From Octopus bimaculoides (lineage: Eukaryota): a stretch of DNA of 39,129 nucleotides. The position numbers and the translations under genes were made by a program. Location: positions 12,812,512 to 12,851,640 of the forward strand of contig NC_069001.1 in NCBI RefSeq assembly GCF_001194135.2. Direction: 5' to 3'. Within the stretch, counting starts at the first letter, position 1. The number at the start of each line of letters is the position of its first letter. Below are positions 1 to 11,715 of the stretch, one piece after another. The notes under the pieces are model-generated. The model worked only from the letters and a program-made list of their open reading frames with translations. It was not told the origin of the DNA and did no database searches.

Positions 1-36
<36 letters not shown>

Positions 37-589
37 TCTCTCCTTAGAATTTCATCTCATCTCGCTAGAAAGGAACCTTGGATTAAAGTAGGATTAATTG
101 TATTCCTTCGAGGAATTTCTTGCAATGATTGAGGTGGGACGGAGTTGGTTATTGGGGGATTCCACAAGATTATAAAGCTCCATTATTCTTGTATTTTCTA
201 TTACCATATTCCAGAACAATCTACTGTACATGCAGAGAGTAAATCAGAACTCACGTGCTGATGAATGTATGCTCACGTGATTATACACATATACCGATAT
301 ATACTTACATACCTACATATATATGTATGCATATACACACACATATATATTTATTGTATGTATATATATATTTATATATATAATACATATATTTACTCGA
401 ATATAGGTGTGTGTGTGTGTGTGTGTATGTATATGTATGTGTACATATCAAAATGTGTGTATATCTATCTATCTATCTATCTGTCTATCTATATATATAT
501 ATATATATATATATCGTGATATATATGTGCATGTATTATATGTATCAATATATGAACATATACAGGTATAGAAACTTAGAAATGAACAC

Positions 590-623
<34 letters not shown>

Positions 624-800
624 ATATATATACATATATATATATATAAATAATATATATATAAATACATAAACACAAACATGCATATACATATATATAT
701 ACATACATACAAACATATATACATGCATACATACATATATATACATACATACATATATGTATACATACATACGTGTATGTACGTGTATTTGTGGAGATGG
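1..800. repeat. Compound (AT)n/(TG)n/(TCTA)n/(ATAC)n microsatellite field, interrupted by unique sequence at about 36-260
   Basis: Directly visible dinucleotide and tetranucleotide runs; the ORFs here are Y/I/C/V-rich repeat translations. Confidence 0.9.
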
Positions 801-1399
801 CATGTTTATATTTGTATTTTGTAAGGAATATATTTTGTTTCTCCGAAAAGTATAGGAAATCTGATTTTTATGATTTTCAGTTTTATGCTACAACTACTAC
901 TACTACTACTACTACGACGTCGACGACGTCGACTACATATATTCAATAATTATAAAGTGTTTTTACTTCTAGTGTCATTATTAATGTTGATATTATTATT
1001 ATCATTATCCTCAATATTATCATTATTTTTCTTTCCCTTCTTCTTCTTCTCCCTCTTCTTCTTTTTCTTCTTTGTCTTATTTCTTGTTACTATCATTGGG
1101 GATTTTTTTTTTCTTAGTATATAATTTGTTTTCGGCTGGAAATGATCCTGGCCATGCCACTACACACGTCAAGAAGCCTCTTCAATATTTGCTGGAATAT
1201 AAATAGTTTCTCTAAATCCATACGTATGTATACACACACATAAATATATATATGTATGTGTGAGCGTGTGTGTCTGTGTACGTATGGATATAAACTAGTG
1301 TGTGTGTGTGTGTGTGTTTGCATTTGTGTATAACTGTACAGCATCAATGGCTGATGCGCGCATTTTTAACTCCTATATCTCACTGTCTACAAATAGAAC

Positions 1400-2047
1400 T
1401 CATGGGATGCATTCCAATGTATAAACAGATGTATTCATATTTATAGGCTTCTGTATATACATATACGCGCCTATGTATGCATTCATCTGTATGGGCGCTC
1501 TTAATATATGCATAACAACCATAATCTTTCCTATATGTATACATATATGTATATATATATATGTATATGCAAAAACTATAACTGGACATACATTCATAGA
1601 AATATTGGTATGCGAGCATCGATATATATGTATAGATATGTATACATACATACATACACATACACACGCACAATCACACACACATGTATATGTAAATATA
1701 TATCTATATATTTTGACGTTTATATTTATGCTTGCATGTGTATATATGAATTAATCTTTCTTTCTCATTCCTTTTCTCTGAATATATAAATATGAACACA
1801 TTCAAACACATAATTACTTATGTATATATCGATATACGTGCAGGCATACTGATGTACACGTGTATGCATGTGCAAATATATTAATGCATGTACATAAATC
1901 CATGTATATATATATATACATATGTATATATACATATGTATGATATATATATATATATATATATATCATACATACACATATATACACATACATTCATACA
2001 TATATATTTATATATCTATATGTAAATATATATATATATATACATAC

Positions 2048-2079
<32 letters not shown>

Positions 2080-2152
2080 NNNNNNNNNNNNNNNNNNNNN
2101 NNNNNNNNNNNNNNNNNNNNNNNNNNNNNNNNNNNNNNNNNNNNNNNNNNNN

Positions 2153-2196
<44 letters not shown>

Positions 2197-2500
2197 TGTG
2201 TGTGTGAACATGTTCATATTATATATTCACATAGGTGCACTCACATATATATATATATAAATATATTTATATTCTCACTCCCACTCTCTTGCTCTCTCTC
2301 TCCCTCCCTCTTTATATTTATATGCATATATATGTATCTTTATGTATGTATAAATATATATGTTTATATGTATATATATATATATATATATGTGCGTGCG
2401 TGTATGTATACTTATATAGATATATACATATATATATATAAATATATATATATGTATGTGTGTGTATGTATAAATGCAGATGCGTATGAATCAGGATATA
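1400..2500. repeat. Degenerate (AT)n/(ATAC)n/(ATGT)n microsatellite field flanking a gap
   Basis: Simple-repeat composition is directly visible. Confidence 0.9.
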
Positions 2501-2744
2501 TATGCGTAAGTATATATCGGAAATGCTTCCTTCCGTGAACGTTAAGAAGTTTGGAATCGCATCAAGAGAGTAAGAATGATGATGCAATACCATGCAATGT
2601 GAAAGATATTCTTCTCTAAGGAAACTTTCTGATTCTTCGATTATAGAAATTCTGGTGTGTGTCTTGAAGGACTTAGTATTTTTATCCTTACCATATATGC
2701 TGATTCGTCATGCTTCATGTTGCTTATTCAACGCGCCTACTGTT

Positions 2745-2782
<38 letters not shown>

Positions 2783-2907
2783 TGTAATACAAGTATGTGC
2801 AGGTGAGTACAAAAGAGGTGTTGAAATCAGGCTTCTGTAACATATTGTTTCATTGACTCTCAGAAACTCTTTCAAAACTGTTACTCAGTTCCACGTTACT
2901 TATACAC

Positions 2908-3485
2908 ATTGCCGCCGCTCTCCATCGCGTCTGGTACTGCGGTCGCGTCCGGTTGCCGCCCCCTCGCGGGGAGGGCGCGGCGTGGTTGCGGCGTCGGTTG
3001 TGGGGCGTCGGCGGTGACCCGGTCGGCTCGGCCCGCACAAACTCGGCGACGGCACGCCGTCGCGCTCGGGCCAGTCGGTTGGCAAACGCAGCGCTTCTAA
3101 GAGGGACGGGCGGCAGAAAGCCTGCACGAGGCAGTGCAATAACAGGTCTGTGATGCCCTTAGATGTCCGGGGCTGCACCGCTCCACACTGGAGGTATCAG
3201 CGGGCGCGTCTCCCCCAGCCCGAGAGGGTCGTGAAACCTCTGAATCACCTCCCGTGATAGGGATCGAGTCCTGGAACCAATCCTGTGAACGAGGAATTCC
3301 CGGTAGGCGCGGGCCATCAGCTCGGGTCGATCACGTCCCTGCCCTTTGTACACACCGCCCGTTGATACTGCCTCGGACCTGGCCGACGAGTCCGCTTATG
3401 CGCGGGGTCGTTGCACGCCGTCATCGGCACGTTCTCTGATGGCCCGGAGAAATCGACCGAACACGATCGCTTAGAGGAAGTAAAA
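2908..3485 (+). pseudogene. 18S: Isolated 3' fragment of 18S (SSU) rDNA: part of an expanded GC-rich V7 region through helix 44; orphon/pseudogene
   Basis: Universal SSU motifs occur in the correct order: GCAATAACAGGTCTGTGATGCCCTTAGATGT (3136-3166), GAACGAGGAATTCC (3287-3300), GCCCTTTGTACACACCGCCCGT (3341-3362), TTAGAGGAAGTAAAA (3471-3485). The terminal GTCGTAACAAGG is absent, conserved positions are altered (CTTCTAAGAGGGAC; GCTGCACCGCTCCACACTG), and both flanks are AT-rich non-rDNA. Confidence 0.92.
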
Positions 3486-4776
3486 ATATATCGATCACTG
3501 TCAGAAGGTCTGCGTAAGGCAATGTGGAAACATATATACATAAGGATTTAGGGACTGATATATTTATATATTATATTAGCGAACCTATGTATATATATAA
3601 GTATTCATCCAAGAATACGGGTGCGCTTCACTTGGCATTGGATATTTTCCCAGTCATCTTTTAGTCGTATTCGTAATAATTTATGAAATGTCAACAGAAC
3701 GAATTCTTAAAGCATCCGTATTTTAAGGGATTTCTGTTATTTGCTTGGTTGATTTTTAAAGTTCGATTATGCAGTAAATAGATTTGCAATAGAGAGAGAG
3801 ATTCTCACAGAGATGTGTTTAAAGTTTTCTACATTTTATTTTTATCTCCTGAAATACACAGAAACTTTTCCACCTCCCTCTTGATTGTGATATTGCTGTT
3901 AGTTTCTTTGAATTGCCTGTTTGCAGTTTCATTAAAACTACTGCCTTTGAATATATTATCTTTCTTAGACGGTAGTTGGAATACGCAACACTACACTCTA
4001 CCATAGGATGTCTAAAGTTTGTCATTGTAAACCATGCCGTCTCCTTACTTTCGGCCTGGCGGCACGTATCCTTTTCTCTCTTTGATTATAGTCGATTTTC
4101 TCCAGAAGCCAGGAAACTCAGAGACAGACAAAGAGACACATAAAGAGAAGTATCAATTCCAGTATAGATCTCGCTCTTTATGTATCGACCTCGACAGTAT
4201 AACTGTCAGATTCAATGTTGGCAAGATTTGAAACAGTGTATTAGAACCTGGAACGATTATAGCAAAGCAATATGTCCCACACTCTTACAACTTTTCTAGG
4301 CTGCAAATCGTAATTTCTGTTTATCCGAAAAATATTATATAGTGACAACTGTATTTCTCACCATCGTTTTCAATATAAGCAGCAGGGGAAATTTTCATTA
4401 GCAAACACTTAGTCTCGGATCATTAAATCGTGCCAGACCAATTCTAATTACAAGTCGGCTAACTGCTTAATTAAATTCAAAGTTTTTGTAAAATCAATTT
4501 GTAAGAGACCTTGCTTTAAAAGGACACGGCAATAAGAATGATGTTAATTAATAATTCAATACACATTGTATGGCAAGTTTCCTCAAACGACGCACACTTC
4601 GAAATTCACTTGCAGTGACCATAGCACCTGGATAGTCAATGAAAGCAATATATTCTGACGTAATTTTGTATACGTTGAAATTTTCATGAAGAGGTCTTTT
4701 ATAGCGCCGGGAAATGTATATAATGTCACGGTAACATTTTCGAAATTGCACAGTTTAACTGTGCAACGCGTATCCA

Positions 4777-4778
<2 letters not shown>

Positions 4779-4822
<44 letters not shown>
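4779..4822. repeat. (TG)n microsatellite
   Basis: Perfect TG run. Confidence 0.95.
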
Positions 4823-4824
<2 letters not shown>

Positions 4825-4854
4825 GTACATATCGATCAAGCCCTGAAGAATGAT

Positions 4855-5445
4855 AGACAAAATCGACCTCTGTGGAATTTGAACTCACACCGTGAAGAGT
4901 GTGTGCTAACGATTCTGCCAGCTCACAACCTTTCATCGACCTCAGTGCGTAAGGATGAAGGGTAAATCGACAGTGACGGAATTTGAACTTAAACGTAAAG
5001 GCGGACGAAATGCCACTCTGTTCTGTTAACTCACCGATTTGTAACGTATAATAGTCCATTCTGCTATACTGAGAAGGCCTAAAACTTTTGTGGAGGGGGC
5101 TAGTCGATTTCATCGACCTCAGTGCGTAAGGATGAAGGGTAAATCGACAGTGACGGAATTTGAACTTAAACGTAAAGGCGGACGAAATGCCACTCTGTTC
5201 TGTTAACTCACCGATTTGTAACGTATAATAGTCCATTCTGCTATACTGAGAAGGCTTGGAATTTGAAGGGAGTGGGTAGTCGAGTACATTGACCGCGGTA
5301 CATGACTGCTACTTAATTTATTGACCCCAAAGAATGACAGCCAAAGTCGATCTCGGCAGAATTTGAACTTTGAACCTAAGGTGCGGACGAAATGCCGCCA
5401 AGTAATTTTCTCAGCGTGCTAACGATTCCGCCGTCTCACTGCGTC
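4855..5445 (-). mobile_element. Head-to-tail cluster of family-A SINE fragments (head GGCGGTGAGCTGGCAGAATCGTTAGC)
   Basis: Recurrent motifs GCTAACGATTCTGCCAGCTCAC, GGAATTTGAACT, AAAGTCGA, GGACGAAATGCC are shared with copies at 6440, 27703, 28155, 29178 and 37988. Confidence 0.8.
4931..5255. repeat. Apparently perfect 148-bp direct duplication (4931-5078 and 5108-5255; period 177 bp)
   Basis: Sequence identity is visible by eye; the minus-strand ORF 4583-5236 repeats the same peptide block twice. Confidence 0.92.
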
Positions 5446-5724
5446 GTAACGTAATTATAGTAACAGATAAATATCATAGATGAAACGGGGAACTCGAGAA
5501 TCAATCCATTCTTCACATCAGTTTATAATCATGTGTTGTAGATTTTATCTGTTACGTAATTGAACTCTGGACATGTTTCATTTACTGGTGTTCAGTTTAT
5601 AGTAAGGTCACGCGCTTCGGTCGTTCAACTTGTCTGTGTAATTCTCAGAAAGGTCACAGGTCTCGCATTTCGGTGCCACTGTAGGCCATACAAAAATAAT
5701 TAAATAATATAATGAAAACCTTAC

Positions 5725-5834
5725 GCTCTGCCAACTGTACTAATTGTACAACTACAGCCTCTATTAATTGCAACCCGTTGGTTTGTCCGATCATCGCGCC
5801 AGCCGCTTGAGATAATCCCATGACTTCCGGTTTA
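5725..5834 (-). CDS. Candidate 110-nt internal exon of an unidentified gene; only open frame KPEVMGLSQAAGAMIGQTNGLQLIEAVVVQLVQLAE
   Basis: The minus strand shows a ~40-nt pyrimidine tract ending TTTCATTTCAG, a more GC-rich non-repeat exon body, then a C|GTAAGG donor. No protein family recognised. Confidence 0.45.
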
Positions 5835-6439
5835 CTGAAATGAAAAGAATACAAACAAAAACGAAAAGAAACAAATGGGTTGAGAATATTATTAATGGCG
5901 TGAGCACATCATATTAAAAATTTTCCTCGAACTGTAGCGGAACACTCTCTTAAATAATGGACGATACCAGAATCAATTTTCATTAGCATTCAATTGTCAA
6001 GAACATCCATTAAATACGTACAAGAATGATGATGCGTCAATAAACATTTCTCTCGTAGGTTCCATTCTAAATATCTCTCCAGCCAAGTGCGAGCAAATCC
6101 ATTACAATTAGTTGATGTGTAATTATTGGTACCAGATTCCGCTCTTTTTCCCTCTCTGGTGAAGGCTCTCAGCTGTGATTTGATAAGCATCGATGCCCAC
6201 CACACGCGAGTTAATAGTTCTAACTCCCTCATATATTATTCATAATATTAATCGTTGGTTTTTGCTACTCTTGACCAACTAAATAATGAAGATTAAAATG
6301 ATTATGATAATGTTGATCATAATGATGGTGTTGAAGAGAAGGAGGAGGAATAGGTGGAGGAGGAGGAAACGTAGATGATGGTGACGTTGGTTTCAAATTT
6401 TGGCACAAGATCAGCAATTTCGTGAGAAGTGGGATAAGT

Positions 6440-6603
6440 CGATTACATTGGCTCCAGTGTCCGATTGGTACTTATTTTTATCGATCTCGAGAGAATGGAA
6501 GGAAAGCGACAACTTCGGTGGAATTAGAACTCAGAACGTAATGACGGACGGAATACAGTGTTGTAGTTTTTCCGGAACGCTAACGATTCCGCACCGAGCC
6601 GCC
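6440..6603 (-). mobile_element. Family-A SINE, degenerate
   Basis: GGTACTTATTTTATCGA...GAACTCAGAACGTAA...GCTAACGATTCCGC matches the reverse complement of the family-A body. Confidence 0.7.
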
Positions 6604-6727
6604 TTAATGGTAGTGGCAACGGGTATGTACGATGGGTATAATCGGGTTTGTATATTTGCACCCCGGCTTCACTTCGATGGCACGCGCTGCTCTGTCACTC
6701 AGTATCGATGATGATGATGATGATGAT

Positions 6728-7532
6728 GATCACTTGGAAGTTGATCCCAAGATCATCACTAGTGACAGAAGCTTGTGCTACAGCTACGACCGGGAAACGA
6801 AACAGCAATCAAGTCAATGGAAGCTTTCAATGTCACCACGCCCCGCAAAACGCGTCGAGTGAAGTCCATTGTCAAGACGATGCTGATTTGTTTCGTCGAT
6901 GCGAAAGGAATTGTCCACACAGAATTTGTATTTCCTGTTGAAACTGTTGATCAGATATTTTACTTATCAGTTCCGAGGCGTTTGCATGATGTAGTGAGAC
7001 GAAAGCCCCCCGGCCTTGGGTAAAACAGAGAGTGGTGGTTTCATCACAACAACCCGCCTGCGTACGCCATCTTCATTGTAAAGCAGTTTTTGCCAAAAAT
7101 GGCAAGAACTCGCTAAAACCACCCCCTATTTGCCCGATCTTGCTCCTCNNNNNNNNNNNNNNNNNNNNNNNNNNNNNNNNNNNNNNNNNNNNNNNNNNNN
7201 NNNNNNNNNNNNNNNNNNNNNNNNNNNNNNNNNNNNNNNNNNNNNNNNNNNNNNNNNNNNNNNNNNNNNNNNNNNNNNNNNNNNNNNNNNNNNNNNNNNN
7301 NNNNNNNNNNNNNNNNNNNNNNNNNNNNNNNNNNNNNNNNNNNNNNNNNNNNNNNNNNNNNNNNNNNNNNNNNNNNNNNNNNNNNNNNNNNNNNNNNNNN
7401 NNNNNNNNNNNNNNNNNNNNNNNNNNNNNNNNNNNNNAATGGAGAATACATTGAAGGCGATAAAAATGTAAACGTATAAATCTAGATAAATAATATAATA
7501 TTGCAAAATTCTGTTTTCTTTTGGGAAACCCT

Positions 7533-7536
<4 letters not shown>
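6728..7536 (+). mobile_element. Mariner transposase relic (DDD catalytic domain to right TIR), frameshifted, spans a gap
   Basis: KIITSDRSLCYSYDRETKQQSSQWK / VKTMLICFVDAKGIVHTEFV / WFHHNNPPA / PDLAP, then after the gap NGEYIEGDK and a right end ...GGGAAACCCTCGTG followed by TG/TA repeats. This matches mariner motifs ITGDE, HHDNAPAH, YSPDLAP and GEYFEGD. Confidence 0.9.
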
Positions 7537-7582
<46 letters not shown>

Positions 7583-9002
7583 TACTTACATGTATATGTA
7601 TGTACATATACTTGTATATGTATCGTTGTATATTTACGTGTATACACATTCATTCAGATAAATGATTGCATACATAGATTCGAGCACACAGATATGCATA
7701 CATATGCGTATGTGTATGAATATTTGTATGGATTTGTGTCTGTGTGTGTGTATGAGTGGGTGTATACATTCGTGCTACAAGACAAAACACGTAGCTAGCG
7801 AAGTGAGCTTCTCAATCACACAATCCCACAACGGTTGCGTATCTTCTAACACTTAAAATGAAGTAAAGAATGACTCGGCAGTATATGTACATCGACAGAC
7901 AGACACACATTCAACACTAAAAACTACTACACATCATTATATACAATATAATATAATTATCACTATACGTGGTTGCTTTAATAAATAGCCGACCTGAAGG
8001 ATAAACAAATCAGATGAGTAAATTTATATTCAGGTCGTGATGTACAACATATTAATTTAAGGCATTATATAATATTGATTTCTAACAATAGTACATTAAT
8101 ATAATTATAAAATAACAGCAAAACGTAACGGTGACTCTAACTGTGTATTGGCGCTGCGATGTCTATTGTGTATTATGTATGTATCTACTACGACTAATTG
8201 CTGAAATTTCTTTCAGCTATCTATGATTTAAATCCTTTACCCAAAAATGCAAATCGGGAATTATTGTAAATAGATAATTATATAGGTAATATTTGATATA
8301 TTTTCTATAATTTCTATTTCGATTAATAATATTCGTGTAAAGTATAAAATATAATAGAGTAGGATAAGGGCAGGGATATTTTCAAATATGTTGGAAATCT
8401 TACGGGAACGGAAGTTGGCTAGCAGCGTGTGAATAACCGATATATATATNNNNNNNNNNNNNNNNNNNNNNNNNNNNNNNNNNNNNNNNNNNNNNNNNNN
8501 NNNNNNNNNNNNNNNNNNNNNNNNNNNNNNNNNNNNNNNNNNNNNNNNNNNNNNNNNNNNNNNNNNNNNNNNNNNNNNNNNNNNNNNNNNNNNNNNNNNN
8601 NNNNNNNNNNNNNNNNNNNNNNNNNNNNNNNNNNNNNNNNNNNNNNNNNNNNNNNNNNNNNNNNNNNNNNNNNNNNNNNNNNNNNNNNNNNNNNNNNNNN
8701 NNNNNNNNNNNNNNNNNNNNNNNNNNNNNNNNNNNNNNNNNNNNNNNNNNNNNNNNNNNNNNNNNNNNNNNNNNNNNNNNNNNNNNNNNNNNNNNNNNNN
8801 NNNNNNNNNNNNNNNNNNNNNNNNNNNNNNNNNNNNNNNNNNNNNNNNNNNNNNNNNNNNNNNNNNNNNNNNNNNNNNNNNNNNNNNNNNNNNNNNNNNN
8901 NNNNNNNNNNNNNNNNNNNNNNNNNNNNNNNNNNNNNNNNNNNNNNNNNNNNNNNNNNNNNNNNNNNNNNNNNNNNNNNNNNNNNNNNNNNNNNNNNNTA
9001 TA

Positions 9003-9226
9003 TATGAATGTGTGTGTATATGTTTGTGTGTTTATGTTTGTCCCCCCAACATCACTTGACAACCGATGCCGGTGTGTTTACGTCCCCGTAACTTAGCGGT
9101 TCGGCAAAAGAGACCGATAGAATAAATACTAGGCTTCCAAAGAATAAGTCCTGGGGTGGATTTGCTCGACTAAAGGCGGTGCTCCAGCATGACCGCAGTC
9201 AAATGATTTAAACAAGTAAAAGAGTA
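9003..9226 (+). mobile_element. Family-B SINE 3' half (5' half presumably in the gap)
   Basis: TTTACGTCCCCGTAACTTAGCGGTTCGGCAAAAGAGACCGATAGAATAA...GGCGGTGCTCCAGCATG...AAACAAGTAAAAGAG; homologous to 37810-37946 and to 27387-27530 (reverse). Confidence 0.85.
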
Positions 9227-9364
9227 TCTTAGGAAATATATGGAAAACACCATCTATGTGGGTGTATAAACACACATACACGCACACACACACACATGCA
9301 TACATACATATATAAATATCTGTATATCTGATTACATATATATAGATGCATATATGTGTGTAGA

Positions 9365-9722
9365 TAGGGCAGCGGACTCGCGATCATAGCATCGCGGTTT
9401 CGATTCCCAGACCGGGTCTTGTGAGTGTTTATTGAGCGAAAACACCTTAAAGCTCCACGAGGCTCCGCCAGGGGATGGTGGCGAACCCTGCTGTTCTCTT
9501 TCACCAGAACTTTCTCTCACTCTTACTTCCTGTTTCTGTTGTGCCTGTAATTCAAAGGGTCAGCCTCGTCACTGTGTCACGCTGAATATCCCCGAGAACT
9601 ACGTTAAGGTTACACGTGTCTGTGGAGTGCTCAGCCACTTGCACGTTAATTTCACGAGCAGGCTGTTTCGTTGATCGGATCAACTGGAACCCTCGACGTC
9701 GTAATCGACGGAGTGCCAACAC
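9365..9722 (+). mobile_element. Family-C tRNA-derived SINE, nearly full length (lacks ~20 nt of head)
   Basis: B-box-like GGTTTCGATTCCC; about 300 bp closely similar to the inverted copy at 25129-25452. Confidence 0.9.
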
Positions 9723-9804
9723 TATATATATANNNNNNNNNNTATATATAATATATATATATACATATATGTGTGTGTGTGTGTGTGTAATTTTCTGTGA
9801 AGGG

Positions 9805-10070
9805 GTGTGTCTTAGGTGGTGAGGATCTTGCACCCATTCATGATTTTTATATAATGGGTTCGAATCTCAAACTGGGTGGTGCGTTGTTTTCTTTAGCAAA
9901 GCATTTAATCTCCCGTTGCTCTATTTCCCACTTTCCCTCAAATGGGGGAATGTTGGCCTCCTCGCCAAGCCAGCAGTGTGTCGTTATTCGCAAGCTAAAA
10001 CGGTGCACAGTGCATTGGCCCAGCGATATTTAATATCTGATAGTCAGGTCGGTCACGTGATATAATCTTT
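9805..10070 (+). mobile_element. Old tRNA-headed SINE relic
   Basis: GGGTTCGAATCTC B-box-like motif followed by GTTTTCTTTAGCAAAGCATTT (CORE-like segment); strongly diverged. Confidence 0.45.
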
Positions 10071-10386
10071 TTACTTGTTTCAGTCGAATATATACATTCG
10101 CACAAAACACACACACACAAACACTGAATAAGCATCCAAGGGCACCATATGGTGAAAATTTAGGTTAAGAAAGTTTTCGATATTTCATTCGTGTTGTTTG
10201 GGTTCGTGAGGGCTAAGTTTTGGTTAAAAATGCACATGACAGTCTAAATTGAGTGACGAATGTCGGTAAAAAGCAAAGGTGCGTACGTGTTTTGATTCAT
10301 TCATTTTGCACACGTTTATAAATGAAGTAACAGACAAGAAATCGGTTTAAATAATCAATACATACATACATACATAGATATATATA

Positions 10387-10400
10387 TTTCTATATAAAAT

Positions 10401-10494
<94 letters not shown>

Positions 10495-10570
10495 GTAGAC
10501 ACATATTCGCATATATATATTTATCTGTGTGTGTGTCTGTGTCTGTGTGTGTGCGCGTGTGTGTGACTCT
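10387..10570. repeat. Long (AT)n plus (TG)n microsatellite
   Basis: Directly visible. Confidence 0.95.
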
Positions 10571-11446
10571 GGTTTCCTATTTATTTAGAACTGTCCTCTG
10601 AACTCAAACTAAAAGTGTTTGAGAGCAGACACACACACGCAAACACACACATATATTCACACTCGGATACACAAGCATATACATGCACACTACCCTTGAG
10701 AGCTATCATAGATTTTCTATAATTGTCTCTTCATTCTCCATTTAGATATGACAGGTATTTTGATTGTTGCTGTTGCTGCCGTTGCGGCTGTTGTAGATGG
10801 ATATTAGGTTATATTCGATTTAGCCATGCGCACCAAGAACACCAAACTCAACGATATTTTAAACTTTGATGCTTCCTCGGTATATTTCCGGCCTGTTCAA
10901 TTTCCGGTAAGGAAATAATGATATATTTTAGACAGCCTCAAATAACATTGTTCATATAGATTTCTCGTTGACCTAGTTCTGATTTTCTCTTTCTTCTATT
11001 GTTTTCAAAACGTTAACGTACATCGAGACAGCCGTGCTGATACAAAGGTGCATTAATATATCCACTGGCATATCTTAATATTTCTTTGAACTGGCACGGA
11101 CTGCATGATGCTAACGTTTTGAAAGCAATTATAATAGAACTAAAATAATAACATTAATCATATATTTTTATATTATTACCGATGTTCATGACATTGTCGA
11201 CGAATATCTGAGACATCAACAAATAAGATAAAAGGGGACAGGGTGAGGGGTTGGTGAGCGGCTGCGATACGTTTTTCACACGCGCATTGACATAGATGCA
11301 TATGTGTATATGACTACATACACACTTACGTACGCGCACAAACACACCACACACATACGCACATACACTCAAATAAACACACAAACACACACACGTTTTT
11401 GTGTGTCTATGTGTATATCTGCGTGTGTGTGTGTGTGTGAGGGAAA

Positions 11447-11560
11447 ATGGACCAGTGGTAAGGTATTTGCACTCACGATCGCGGGATCGTGGTTTCAGTC
11501 CCTGGACATGGTGAAGGGTTGTTTTCGGGCAAAATATTCTACCATTTTCGCTATTCTGGC
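11447..11560 (+). mobile_element. tRNA-like SINE head relic
   Basis: A-box-like TGGACCAGTGGTAA and B-box-like GGTTTCAGTCCC at tRNA spacing; resembles the family-C head. Confidence 0.5.
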
Positions 11561-11715
11561 TTAATGTAGCTTGTGTTCGTGTAGATGTTGCAGTACTGTT
11601 GGCAATATGTTTGGTTTAGTTTTGTATAACTGAAGGCTGAAAGGCACAGTGTTATGCCAGTAGGATACACCCGTAAATGAGCTTTCTGCCCTCCACTCTC
11701 ACTTTGATTTACCCA

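Noticed and set aside
265-2593. Numerous 60-150 aa ORFs rich in Y/I/C/V/H/T
   Set aside because: They are translations of AT/TG/AC microsatellites and N gaps; the same applies to similar ORFs at 15053-17544, 20002-21069, 31218-31613, 33004-33827 and 36056-36597.
2905-3526. 9-bp inverted match flanking the 18S fragment (CACATTGCC / GGCAATGTG) and a faint echo of the 18S terminus (GAAGGTCTGCGTAAGG)
   Set aside because: Too short to distinguish from chance; no TSD or other element structure.
2850-3541. GC-rich overlapping ORFs suggesting a CpG island or small genes
   Set aside because: Fully explained by the 18S rDNA fragment.
4746-4766. Perfect 10-bp-arm palindrome TTGCACAGTT-T-AACTGTGCAA
   Set aside because: No Helitron-type CTRR end or other supporting context; isolated short palindromes are expected occasionally.
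4583-5236. 217-aa ORF with an internal repeat
   Set aside because: Antisense read-through of duplicated SINE fragments and a (CA)n run; the 177-bp period simply happens to be a multiple of three.
5990-6232. 80-aa minus-strand ORF (…GFARTWLERYLEWNL…)
   Set aside because: No recognisable domain and no convincing splice signals.
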